In this document: in pieces, positions 1-12,345 of the stretch | How the letters are laid out: every line of letters starts with the position of its first letter | Numbering within the stretch: the stretch's first letter is position 1 | Assembly (NCBI GenBank): GCA_951406725.2 | Contig: OX597834.1 | Location: 31,930,001-31,994,000 of the forward strand | Direction: 5' to 3' | Length of the DNA stretch: 64,000 nucleotides | From: Octopus vulgaris | Lineage: Eukaryota | Translations under genes and position numbers: made by a program | The notes under the pieces: model-generated | What the model was told of the DNA's origin: nothing | Database searches by the model: none | What the model saw: the letters and a program-made list of their open reading frames with translations, nothing else

Positions 1-842
1 GTGATTGGTGTGCTTATTCATCTAAGCAATGAGAGTGTCAAGGCACAACTAAAATCAGTCCACTATCTTATGGCCATTTGTGTGCAGGGTCAAAGCACAC
101 AAGTCTTCAGACTTCCAATAGCAACTGCTACCTGTCCCCATCACCTCTTTCCCTCTTGCCATTGGACGTATGAAGAACTTGTGGTGGTGGTGGTGTTGGT
201 GCAGAACAAACTGCAAAATGAATATTATGATTATAGCTGAAATGGTTTGTGCAGAGTTTTGAGGTTCCCAGCCACAGGTTGATTAGTATGTCATGGAATG
301 GAATTGCCTACAGAAGAAGGCCATTCACAGACACCACAATGGACCCAGAGAAGTTGAGGCTCTTCTGCCGCTCATCTGAGAGAAAATAACTTGCAAGTCC
401 TTGACACGGTTTAATCAACTACATGCTTCAACTAATTTTTTTGGCCTTGGGCCTATGTAAGAAGCAATTATTATTATCATTATTATTATTATTATTGTTA
501 TTATTATCATTATAATTATTTTTATCATCATCAAACATAAATACTGAGAGACAGTAACTTTGAAGTCTCCTAGAGAACGCCTAAACTTTGACGTTACATC
601 CAAACTGTATTTCATCTAATAAAATATTTGTCCTTTTATTTTGTTTTTACAGTGAATAGCATCTACTGTTTATATTTACTTTAAAAACACCATCTGATAT
701 GTGTATGTGTGTGTGTGTGTATGCATGTATATGAATGTATGCTTTTATGTCAAGTTGTACATGAAAACAATTCAACGTTAAACTGAAGAATTAATACTTT
801 TTGGTAGAGTACATGTTTATAACAGTTTTACCAGAAAAGGGG

Positions 843-896
843 GTAGCAGTGATTTCAAAGTTTTGTCCTAAAAGTGTTCATCAGACTATACTACAC
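843..896 (-). ncRNA. Degenerate type I hammerhead ribozyme motif (minus-strand half of an inverted pair)
   Basis: Minus strand reads GTAGTATAGT CTGATGA ACACTTTTAGGAC AAAAC TTTGAA ATC ACTGCTAC. CUGAUGA is intact. GAAAC has become AAAAC, consistent with CpG decay of CGAAAC. Confidence 0.5.
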
Positions 897-931
897 ATAG
901 GTTTCTTTTGGCTCTGTATAAGGTTTGGCAA

Positions 932-986
932 GTGTAGTACAGTCTGATGAAGGCTAATAGTCTGAAACTATGAAGTTGCTGTCACT
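932..986 (+). ncRNA. Type I minimal hammerhead ribozyme motif (Penelope-like element type)
   Basis: AGTACAGT CTGATGA(944-950) AGGCT-AAT-AGTCT (stem II) GAAAC(964-968) T-ATGA-A GTT(975-977) GCTGTCACT. All core nucleotides are present and stems I, II and III can form. Confidence 0.65.
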
Positions 987-2041
987 CCTCTTCGTGTGGA
1001 AGTTTTACATATATACATGTCTGTGTGTGTGTGCGAGTGTACACACACATATATATATGAGGGACAGAAAGAAAGAGAGAGAGAGAGAGGATTTGTGCAG
1101 AAGAAAAAGTATTTAGTAAGATAGTGGCTTTTAATATTTTTATTTGGGTTTTGTCAGTGTTTCATTTTTCTGAATTTTGTCAGTACATTCACAGTCATCA
1201 GGCAAGTAAAGATTCATAACTTACCCAATGACTTTGCGAGCATACAGGCAAAACTCCAGGGTTGTAAGGGACAGACTTAACCAAAATATGAATTAATATA
1301 GGCACAAATCATTCATCCAGACTGAACGGACAAAATACACTCACACACTCGCACATGCACACACACACATATACATTTACACATATACTTTTATCTTGAT
1401 ATTGAATACTCTGTTCTTTAATTTGGACAAGCTGTGCATCATTACTATATGTATGTGAATACAAATTTGTGCTAGCATGTGTGTGTATACATACATACAT
1501 ATATACATACATTTTCTTCTCAATGTATTTAAGCTACAACCACTAACAGTATACTCTAATGAATCTGAATGAATGGAACACTGCTTATGTAATGAGGTAC
1601 ATATTTACATCACCTGATGAGATACTGCTGTACCGGGATGCACCAAAATTGATTGTATAATTTCCCATCCATGAGGGAGCAATGCTAGATGTGTCAAAAC
1701 AATCGTTGTGATCCAGAAAGTCTCCCATATATTTCATTTCCCAGCTCTATTGCTTCTGTTATACATACATACACACATAAGTAACAAACTGGAAGAATAA
1801 AGAGTACTCAATACTGGAAGGTAGATAAACAGTTGTTTTTAATGCAACTTATGTTAATAATCAAGAACCCAAGGTTCCCTGCTGTATGACAAAAGTCAGC
1901 AAAAGTTTTTTGCGTTATAATTAAAATCACAAATGACAACTCCATCATTATAATTGATGATAGCTGAGTATCAGCTACTATTTCAATTCATGTTCAATAA
2001 TTCTTGACACTTGTCAGCATGAAACCTCAGGTTCTGGAACA

Positions 2042-2078
<37 letters not shown>

Positions 2079-2297
2079 ACTATACTATATAGTATTACAA
2101 ATCCATTTCAGCTGATTTTGCTTATTAGTTTCATATATGATTTAGATGATAATCAACACTGCTTGTCAGAAGAGTTGATGAACAGTATCTTAAGTCATTG
2201 CCTAACTCATGTGCAAAACTAATTTTGATAAAATCAACTGATATGAACCTTAATATGAGTGCCTGTTTTTTCTGACTTATGGATTCTTAGATGACTA

Positions 2298-2355
<58 letters not shown>

Positions 2356-2819
2356 CAAATTAGACTAAAGAGAATAAAAAAATTCTTCCCTTAAAATTCA
2401 AGTTTTATTTTTGCTAAGTCTGCCATGATTTTTCTGAAAAGACTCTGTAGTCAAGGCTTCCATTGTTTAAACTCTCATCTCTCCGCAAAATCTTGATGAG
2501 GGTCGGTAAATTTGTCTAAATGGTTCTAATCCCAGAAAAAGTAGAAAAAAAAAACAACATAAAAACAAAAAGAATTGTGAGGCAGGAATGTTTCATGCTT
2601 TTTCTGTGAATTTTATTTGTTTAAATATTTGTACAGCTTCTGCTAAAAGAGGAAAAACAGTATTGCGGTATTTTGCATCCTTCATTGTTATATAATTGTT
2701 GTTAATATTTTCCCCGAATGTGGACATTTTTAATGTCTAGAATTAAATGGAAAATGGTCTGGCATCATTTCTGTTGCAATGCTATTGGTTATTTTTTATT
2801 TATTTATATATTTATATTT

Positions 2820-2850
<31 letters not shown>

Positions 2851-3329
2851 TATACATATTTATTTATTTATTCTCAAAAGAGTATAATTAAAAATCAAAA
2901 GAAAATCCATAATCAAGGATAATGAATGTCTTGGACTATTTCCTGTGAAATTGCTGTTTAAAATATGAAATTTTATTCTAATGTTCTCATGATGTTTTAC
3001 AGAAAGAGAGAAAAAAATTAAATAAAGCTTGTTTTGAAATATTAAATAACCACAGATTACATCTTTTATTGTTCGTTGTTGTTTTTGTTGTTCTTTGCTT
3101 ATCTTTATTGAAATGTTGACTGCATAATGAATGTGTCAGCAATGTGTTATCAAAGGGCCTGGTGGAAAGAAACTGGAAGGACTATGTGTCATAGGGGCTG
3201 GAGTGGATGTGCGGTAAGAAGCTTGCTATCCAACCACATCCTTCTGCGTTTCAGTCCCATTGCATGTCACCTAGAGCAAGTGCCTTCTACTATAGCCTCA
3301 GGTTTCCCGGTTTCTGTGGCATATGTGTT

Positions 3330-3567
3330 CCCCACCAGCTGGACGGGACGCCAGTCCATCGCAGCATTACTCAAGAAAGAGGGAGAGAGAGTGAGAGAAA
3401 GTTGTGGCGAAAGAGTAGAACAGGGGTCACCACCACCCCCTGCCAGAGCCTCGTGAAGCTTTTATGTGTTGTCACTCAATAAACACACGCAACGCCTGGT
3501 CTGGGAATTGAAACCGCGGTCCTTCGATCGCGAGTCTACTGCCCTAACCACTGGGCCATTGCGCCTC
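3330..3567 (-). mobile_element. tRNA-derived SINE (family with GAGGCGCAATGGCCCAGTGGTTAGGGCAG head)
   Basis: Pol III A/B-box tRNA-like head on the minus strand. Related copies lie at 23685-23958 and 47545-47829. Confidence 0.75.
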
Positions 3568-3570
3568 AAC

Positions 3571-3970
3571 GTATAGGAGTAATACTCTGAGGGAAAGTCA
3601 CTAAGTGGTTCTCCATCATGCTAGAAATGGGAGTTAAATTCCAAACCATGAAAAATTCTTTAAAGCTCTTCTCATGCTGTGTGTATTTGAGTTTTTGTAT
3701 TTGTATGTCAATAGCGATTCCCACTGATGAGTCATAGACAGTTTAACGCAATGATTAATTAATTAATTAATTAGTGTAGTTAATTGTTAAGGGTGAAACT
3801 TCGAAGTACAGGAATGACTAATCACTTCTGAATTCTCTCAAATTGTCCTGCCTGCCTACATTCAACATGCCAGAATAAAAAGAGCTTTTCCATGGTTTGG
3901 GATTTAACTCCTATTTCTGGCGTGATGGAAAACCACTTAGTGGCTTTCCCTCAATGTATAACTCCTATAC
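3571..3970 (+). mobile_element. Inverted-repeat-flanked cassette containing a hammerhead motif (probable non-autonomous Penelope-like element)
   Basis: Inverted arms of ~90 bp at 3571-3660 and 3880-3970. Internal CTGATGA (3724-3730), a long AT-rich stem II, and GAAACTTCGAAGTA (3795-3808). Confidence 0.65.
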
Positions 3971-4117
3971 ACACATATAATATTAAAATATTTGCAGTCT
4001 ACAGACATTTTTACTCACACTTGCCACTGGTAGAAAATTAATATTCAATTTTTACCCTATATTTAAAATTTTTATATATACACACACACACACACATCAT
4101 ATACATATATATATATA

Positions 4118-4532
4118 TACTCTTTTACTCTTTTACTTGTTTCAGTCATTTGACTGAGGCCATGCTGGAGCACCGCCTTTAGTCAAGCAAATCGACCCCG
4201 GGACTTATTCTTTGTAAGCCCAGTACTTATTCTATCAGTCTCTTTTGCCGAACCGCTAAGTGATGGGGACGTAAACACACCAGCATTGGTTGTCAAGCAA
4301 TGCTAGGGGCACAAACACAAACACACAAACACATACACACACATACATATATATATATATATACATATATACGACAGGCTTCTTTCAGTTTCCGTCTACC
4401 AAATCCACTCACAAGGCATTGGTCAGCCCAGGACTATAGCAGAAGACACTTGCCCAAGATGCCACGCAGTGGGACTGAACCTGGAACCATGTGGTTGGTT
4501 AGCAAGCTACGTACCACACAGCCACTCCTGCG
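4118..4532 (-). mobile_element. tRNA-derived SINE with internal (TA)n and (AAAAGAGT)n tail, full length
   Basis: Near-identical copies at 32976-33396 (-), 49630-50015 (+) and 52734-53180 (+). Head GGCGCAGGAGTGGCTGTGTGGTAAG...GGTTCAGTCCC. Confidence 0.85.
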
Positions 4533-4548
4533 ATATATATATATATAT

Positions 4549-4701
4549 ATACTTTTACAAGAAGAGGGTTGATAGTACAAGAAGAGGGTTGATAGTAAAT
4601 TCAAAGTTTCTGCCTGCTAACCTCCATCAGACTATCAATCTGACAAAGACTGGCAGGTGGAAACTTCGAAGTCACTGTCACCTCTCATTTTGTAAAAGTA
4701 T
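4549..4701. mobile_element. Palindromic element made of two opposite hammerhead motifs (same family as 820-1000)
   Basis: Minus strand: TTGATAGT CTGATGG ... GAAAC TTTGAA TTT ACTATCAA (8-bp stem I). Plus strand: CTGACAA ... GAAAC TTCGAA GTC ACTGTCAC. Inverted termini ATACTTTTACAA / TTGTAAAAGTAT. Confidence 0.6.
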
Positions 4702-4717
4702 AATAAATATTTACTCT

Positions 4718-4797
4718 ACAGATAGATAGATAGATAGATAGATATACAGATAGCTAGGTATATGAACAGGCAGCTACACAGATAGAGATAGATAGAC

Positions 4798-4887
<90 letters not shown>

Positions 4888-4961
4888 ACAGACGGACGGA
4901 CAGACAGACAGATCGATGGAGGAACTGACAGACAGACAGATCGGTGGAGGGACAGAGAGAC

Positions 4962-5006
<45 letters not shown>

Positions 5007-5275
5007 CAGATAGCTAGGTAGATGAACAGGCAAATAGATAGATAGATAGATACATACATACATACATACATGCATACATACATACATACATAGACAGACG
5101 GACAGACGGATTGACAGATGGACAGACGGACAGAAGGATTGACAGATGGACAGTTGGACAGATCGGTGGATGGACAGACAGACAGATAGATAGATAGAGA
5201 TAAACGGACAGCCAGACAGACACACAATCAGATAGATAGACAGATGGAGAGACAGATACACATAGACAGATAGAT
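4718..5275. repeat. Compound (GATA)n/(GACA)n/(GA)n microsatellite
   Basis: Directly visible tetranucleotide arrays. Confidence 0.95.
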
Positions 5276-5497
5276 AATCTTAATCCAGAGATTAAGAAGA
5301 GTAGACATACCAGAAAAAGATTTCATTTCTTCTAATGTAGCTTTTTTCCATTCTATTAATAGCTTCTGACAATTGAGCAAACATTTTAATTCCGTTCAAT
5401 TGTTATCGTTATGGCTGTCGGATGAGAATCTAATAGGTCGAAAATAATTGCACACATGTGCAGGATGCTATTCATAGAAGCCATCTATAAAATCAGG

Positions 5498-5825
5498 ATG
5501 TGCATGTGCATGTGTGTGTGTGTGCACCAGTGTGTGTGCATGTGTGTGTGTGAGTGCATGTGTGTGTGTGAGTGTGTGTGTGTGTGCATGTGAGTGTGTG
5601 TGTGCATGTGTGTGTGTGTGTGCATGTATGTGTGTGTGTGTGCATGTATGTGTGTGAGTGTGTGTGTGCATGTGTGAGTGTGTGTGTGCATGTGTGTGTG
5701 TGAGTGTGTGTGTGCATGTGTGTGCATGTGTGTGTGCATGCATGCTTGCATGTGTGTGTGTGCATGCATGCATGTTTGTGAGCATGTGAGTGTGCATGCA
5801 TGCATGCATGTGTGTGTGTATGTAT
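5498..5825. repeat. Compound (TG)n/(TGCATG) microsatellite
   Basis: Directly visible. Confidence 0.95.
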
Positions 5826-6309
5826 GAGAGAGAGATTGATATAGTTAAATACACACTCCCTTATTTATATATATATGTATATGTATGTACACACACACAC
5901 ATATATATATATAAATATACACACATAGGGAGATAGATGTGTATGTATAAGTCCTTTCTACTATAGGCACAAGGCCTGAACTTTTGGGGGAGGGGCTAGT
6001 TGATTAGACCAAACCCCAGTACACAACTGGTACTTAATTTATCAACCCCAAAACGATGGAAAGCAAAGTGGACCTCAGCAGAATTTGAATTCAGAACGCA
6101 GCAGCAGATGAAATACAAGCATTTCACCCAGCATGCTAACAATTCTGCCAGCTTGCCACCTTATACATATGTATATATGTATGTGCATAGAGTGTGCGTA
6201 TACACACATGCATGCACGCACACACACACACATACATGACCCCATGTAATGTGTTTTATATATATATCATGTGATCACATGATCAACCAGACTATTGGAC
6301 GTTGTTATA

Positions 6310-7145
6310 CTGGGTTGGCAACTAAGTTCCTGCCGGTTTTTTTTAATTTAAATTTTTTAAAAGGTCTAATAAAAAAATAACTAATTAATCAATAATGTAT
6401 TCACCCTTGTTGTTTACAACTTCTTCCCAACATTCAACAAGATTTTCAGTACCTTGCTTGTAGAAATCACCCGATTTCCACTTGAAAAATTGATCCAACC
6501 AAGCTCTCAATTCTGCATCAGTATTGAATGAAACTGTGTGCATAGCATTTGAAAGAGATCGAAAGAGGTGGAAATCCATTGGTGCCAAATCAGGAGAGTA
6601 CAGCGGGTGTGGCAGCATTTCCCAGCAATATGTTTGAATGGCTTCTTTGGTCATATTGGCGATATGAAGGCGGGTGTTGTCGTGCAGCAGAAGAACTCCA
6701 TGCTGCTGATAAGGTCTTTTCTCTTGAATAGCCGTGTTGAGTCGTTCCATCAGTTGAACACAGAGTTCCGTGTTGACCGTTTGGTTCTGTTCAAGGAATT
6801 CGTAATGGATAATCCCTTCCCAGTCCCACCATACATATAACATCATTTTACGCGGATGAAGATCTTGTTTCACACGTGGTCTCACTTGTTTACTGGGGCT
6901 AAGCCATTTCTTACGCTGCTTCATATTGATGTACAGGCACCATTTTTCGTCGCCAGTAATGATTCGGTAAAGAAATCGTTGCTTGTGTCCATGAGTTGAG
7001 CGATGATGAGCAAGCAAACCAGTGGAGATTGTGGCTCGTTGATTTGTGTTGTTGTCACTTAAAGCATGCGGAACCCATGGTCCATACTTCTGAACCTTTC
7101 CCATCGAGTGAAGATGCTTCTCTATAGCAGTGTGGGAGCATTCCA
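6310..7145 (-). mobile_element. Mariner (DD34D) transposon, 5'-truncated, with one TIR
   Basis: ORF 6385-7221 contains WVPHAL, ITGDEKW, LLHDN and YSPDLAPMD, with 34 residues between the 2nd and 3rd Asp. TA at 6308-6309 is followed by the TIR CTGGGTTGGCAACTAAGTTCCTGCCGGTTTT. Homology ends near 7145. Confidence 0.92.
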
Positions 7146-7383
7146 TTATACACACTTTTGTCCAAGATACCTCACGAAGGAAGTAATTGAACCCGAGTGC
7201 CACATGATTGCAAAGCAACACGTGAAAAAGATAAAAAGGTAGAAATACAGAGAATTATCATTATCACCTGTGTATAAATTCCACCTGGCACCGTCAATGC
7301 GAAACGGCTTTGGTAAGTGTCAATGCATGAAACTCTCAGCATTTGAATCATTCTGTAACTTCTGCCGATTATGAATAGTGTGT

Positions 7384-7450
<67 letters not shown>

Positions 7451-7838
7451 TGTGTGTGTGTTATTCGTTAGTTACTGTGAGAAATGAAAGAACACCAAGT
7501 ATTGATTTGGATTTAAGAAATACACAGAAAATACAGATTTCAAAGTAATTTACATTCTAGTTTGACTTGGTATTTGTTATTTTTTTCTTTTAAAAAAATT
7601 CATATCTACCAATCTAAATACTTATCTGTATCTCTATCTATACATATGAAAGACAGACAGACAGAGCTATCTGCATCTCTTTGTCCCCACCAACACTCTA
7701 TCAAGCTTTCACACATATGCCTGTATGTGGAATGCATTAGAATTGGCACAAAAGTCAGTACGTGTCTGTGGTGGTAGCAGTGAAGTGTACGTATACGTAT
7801 GCATGTGTGTGTGCATCTATGTGTGAGTGTTTGTATAC

Positions 7839-7877
<39 letters not shown>

Positions 7878-8447
7878 GTATCTATGTATGTATGTTATAA
7901 GTGAAATTTCTGATATACATTTCCAATTTAAAAAAAAAAGAATTTAATGGAAGAAATAAAAATTCAGTTTCTCCCTAAAAGCCATTACGGGATATTTTCT
8001 TGATACATTTTAAGAGAGAAATATTTCACCTTATTTCATTGTATTCAATGAAGGAAGTTGATCTTATTGGTTTCTTAAAATAGATTTATATGTTTATAAT
8101 AACAAATAGTATGTTTTTTAAATGAAAAAAATTACCAGTAATAGTAATAATAATAATAATAATAATTTCATTGAAATATCTCTTATTTTTATAACTGTCT
8201 GTACTAGTTCTTGACATTTTTATCTTATGGAGGCTTCTTTTAACCCAAAGTTAAAAGCTAATTGTTGCTATAACCAGATGCGAATGTACTTTGAGAAAAA
8301 TAAACACACTCACACAACATATATATATATATATGTATGTCATTTAATGTATAATGTATTAAGATAAGAAAATAAGACCTACTAATAGTTTCTTGCCATT
8401 GAGACATGTGGTTAGGTAGATTTTTTTAATAACGGAGTCTCTAAGAA

Positions 8448-8491
<44 letters not shown>

Positions 8492-9049
8492 ATATATATA
8501 TATATTTACACATACACACACACACACTCAAAACAAGAACAATTTTCTATTCTGATATTTACATGTAAACTTACACCAGCTTGGGAATGTGTCAACTGAA
8601 ATGTTGTGGATGAAATTTAATAGTTGATGGAAACTGTGAGGAAGCTTGTCAGATGACCTGTTTCTGTTTTGAGCTGAAAGACTTAATCAGTTTCCAGGTG
8701 AAATACCACAACTTGGTCCTTGGTTGTTTTTAGAGTAGTATATACAATCTGGCTCTTGGGTGTGTGTCTAATGTAGGATATATATATATATATATATATA
8801 TATACTGGTTCTTGGGTCTTTTTAATGAGGTATCTACATACTTTGGGTCAGCATAGACCTGGCAGCAATAGTGACAAAGTGATGGTTCAAAACACAAACG
8901 GTGCCTCCAGAAAACAGTGACATGCCAACATGGTAACTTTGAAAATGCGCTCCGAAATCCATGCCAGAAATCTGAAGGAACCAGATTTTCAATGGTCAGA
9001 TTTTCAAATGTCAACTGTATACATATGTCCCAGAAAAAAAGCATCAGTC

Positions 9050-9245
9050 AAATACAAAGAGGGATAAGTAATTAAACAAACGATATTCATTAGCTTACAG
9101 CACTCATAACTGAGTGCTTGTGTATCAACTTATTGCTTCATCAGAGCATCATCAGAGCTTCAAACCTAAACTGCTTTCTAATGGTGGAAACAGCTGTAAG
9201 CTAATGAAGTTCGTTACATAATTTCTTGTTCTCATTTATTTAATT
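9050..9245. mobile_element. Degenerate inverted pair of hammerhead-bearing PLE-type repeats (GAAACAGCTGTAAGC family)
   Basis: Inverted arms TTCATTAGCTTACAGC / GCTGTAAGCTAATGAA. GAAACAGCTGTA at 9187-9198 and minus-strand CTGATGA at 9138-9144. A related unit lies at 46333-46411. Confidence 0.45.
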
Positions 9246-9900
9246 TCTGATATAACGATGGCCTTCTTTCAGTTTTTCTCTGCCAAATCCATTCACAAGG
9301 CTTTAATCAACGCCGGGATATAGTAAAAGACATTCGCATGAGGTGTCACACTGTAGGACTGAACCTTAAACCATGTGGCTGGAAAGTAAACTCCTTAACC
9401 ACACCGCCATGGTAGTGGCTGGAATGCCTTTCTTCATAGAATCAGTGGGTCAGGTCTAATCCTGGAAGAAAAGCACAATAACAGAAACAGCTTAGAAATG
9501 TGAAAGTAATGCCAGAGAATACGATGGCCTGACACTTGTAGATCTGTCATAATTACTACGGCAAAATACGGGATGTGTTATGAATAAATAAATACAAGGA
9601 CTCATATTAGTAGATACTTATTAAGTCTCACTGTGAAATTAGCCCCAAGAGATGTTTATTTATTCATAAACCATACTGTATTGGAACTCTAATAATTATT
9701 GTCAGGTCATTAACATTACACCATTATGTAAATGAGCTGAACGTCTGTCTCAAGTGTTTTTTGTTTGTTTTTCTGCTTAACACTTTAGTAAGTAGCTTAT
9801 CTTATCTCTGCTTCTCTGCTTGATGCAAAGGTCACTGTGGATCCTAATTCCGTGGCGATAGTGGGGCTATGCATGCGTGGATTTGTATCCCTACATACAT

Positions 9901-9947
<47 letters not shown>

Positions 9948-9988
9948 TATATATATATATATATGCACACACACACATATATATATAT

Positions 9989-10087
<99 letters not shown>

Positions 10088-11339
10088 AGCATGTGTGTGT
10101 GTAAAGGCATATGGCTCAGTGGTTAGAGCATCGAGCTTACGATCGTGAGGTTGTGAGTTTGATTCCCGGACCGGGCTGCATGTTGTGTTCTTGAGCAAGA
10201 CACTTTATTTCACACTGCTCCAGTTCACTCAGCTGTAGAAATGAGTTGCGATGTCACAGGTGCCAAACTGTATCGGCCTTTGCCTTTCCCTTGGACAACA
10301 TCAGTGGCGTGGAGAGGAGAAGAAACCACTTCTCATATCATGCCTGCCTTGAAGAACTTTTAGCTGGATGAACTGACCCCAATCCATTTTATTTTTTTAA
10401 GCCTGGTGCTTATTCTATCAGTCTCTTTTTCTGAACTGCTAGGTTACAGGGATGTAAACACACCAAGCAGTGTCAGTGGACAGACACAGACACAAACGTA
10501 CAGAGACACACACACACCCAAACACATATGTATATGAAAGGCTTTCCCTCTATCAAATTCATTCGCCTGAGGCTGTGATAGAAGAATCTTGCACAAGGTT
10601 TCCTGCTGTGGGATCGAACCCAGAACCATGTGGTTGAGAAGCAAACTTCTTTCTGACCAGTCATGCCATCTACAATTTTAACATTTATATTCCCACATTT
10701 GCATGGGTCAAACAGAATTCATTGAGGCAGATTTTCTACACCCGGGTACTCTTCCTGTCATCAACCCTCACCTGTTTCCAAATAAGGTAATATTTCTTTA
10801 TGGTCAGACATGTTTTCCATGGAAGACCAGAAAGGAACAACACTACTCGTATAATAGTTGTGTTTGTTGGGCAATGCCATGCACATTCACATTGTAATAT
10901 GTATGGCTGGAGTATTGAGTAAAATGCCTTATATTATTTCATTGCAAAAATGCAAATATAGAGAGGACAAACAAGGACAGACAAACGGATTAAGTCGATT
11001 ACATCGACACCAGTGCATAACTGGTACTTAATTTATCGACCCCAAAAAGGATGAAAGGCAAAGTCGACCTCAGTGGAATTTTAACTCAGAACGTAGCGGC
11101 AGACGAAATACCGCTAAACATTTCGTCTGGCGTGCTAACATTTCTGCCAGCTCACCGCCTTGATGCTAGAATACCTTGCAATATTTCATTGCAGTGAGCT
11201 AAAGGTAATGAGCTGGAAGAATTGTTGGCACATCAGACAAAATTCTTAACAGAATTTCATTCATCTTTACGTTCTGAGTACTCCAAGCAATCTTCAGGCT
11301 CAGAGTGTATACTTTAAATGATACGTATCTCTCTGTAGT

Positions 11340-11525
11340 TGGAATAATCTTTTACTGATCCTACCAATTGAGATTATAGATAATATCCTACCATCTCATT
11401 CTTGGTCTACCTCTAGGTCTTCAGTTGGTCAGCTTGGCTAAAAGAATCTGTCTTGCAATCCTTTCTGGTGACATTCTACCTGTATGTTCATAGTACAAGA
11501 GCTGTGGCCTCTCAAACAGAAGCTT
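11340..11525 (-). mobile_element. RTE-clade LINE 3' fragment (degraded)
   Basis: Minus strand translates to ...EHTGRMSPERIARQILLAKLTN*RPRGRPRMRW*D..., the typical RTE C-terminal motif. Confidence 0.7.
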
Positions 11526-11569
11526 AACCAGAATTTATGAATCTTAAAAAATCTCTTGTTTTCCTACAC

Positions 11570-11794
11570 CAGGGGTGGGCAAACTACGGCCCGCGGGCCA
11601 CATGCGGCCCGCCATAGGTTTTCATGTGGCCCGCCGAGAGGAATATTTCACAAAATTTCCTTTCAATCAATTGTGTGTTTATAGGTCTATAACCGCCTTT
11701 AAAAATATTTTCACTTGATTTTTATAAATGAGGCCCGCCAAGGTTCCAAAGACGCACTGTGCGGCCCGCAATCAAAAAAGTTTGCCCACCCCTG
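11570..11794. mobile_element. hAT (Buster/Charlie-type) MITE
   Basis: Perfect 16-bp TIR CAGGGGTGGGCAAACT. Perfect 8-bp TSD TCCTACAC (11562-11569, 11795-11802) with central TA. Internal GCGGCCCGC repeats. Confidence 0.95.
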
Positions 11795-11954
11795 TCCTAC
11801 ACTATGCAAGTGCTCACTTTACTATTAGTTTTACATGCAGAAGGCACCCTGAGTACTATATTTTTTCTTCCCAGCCATTCGGAAAATAAAAATATGCATA
11901 TTGCACAATATCCAGACTTTATATTCCTATTTTCTTGTTAAGCTAGAAACAACT

Positions 11955-12300
11955 ATACATGTATGTGTGTGTGTGCATGTGTGTGTGTGTGTGTGTGTAT
12001 GAGTGTGTGTATGAGTGTGTAAATGCGCACATGTGTCAGTGTCTGTAGGTGCGTGTGTGTATGTATGTGTATGTGTCTGTGTGTGTATGAGTATGCGAGC
12101 GTGTGTGTGTGTGTGTACGTGTGTGTGTGTGTATGAATGTGTGAACGTGCACATGTGTCAGTGTCTGTAGGTGCATGTGTGTATGTGTGTGTATGAGTGT
12201 GCGAGTGTGTGTGTTGATGTGTATGTATGAGTGTGTGAGCATGTGCCTGTGTCAGTAGGTGTGTGTGTGTATGTGTCTATGTGTGTGTGTGTGTATGTAT

Positions 12301-12335
<35 letters not shown>

Positions 12336-12345
12336 GTGTGTGTCT
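11955..12345. repeat. Compound (TG)n minisatellite with recurrent ATGTGTCAGTGTCTGTAGGTG unit
   Basis: Directly visible. Confidence 0.9.

Noticed and set aside
1-415. 79-aa ORF and complex sequence at the window start
   Set aside because: There is no recognisable homology or splice structure, and it cannot be assessed without upstream sequence.
1140-1720. CTGATGA occurrences at ~1195 (minus) and 1614 (plus); also near 35580, 39090, 40610 and 47245
   Set aside because: No convincing GAAA, stem III, NUH and stem I arrangement could be built, so they were not counted as hammerheads.
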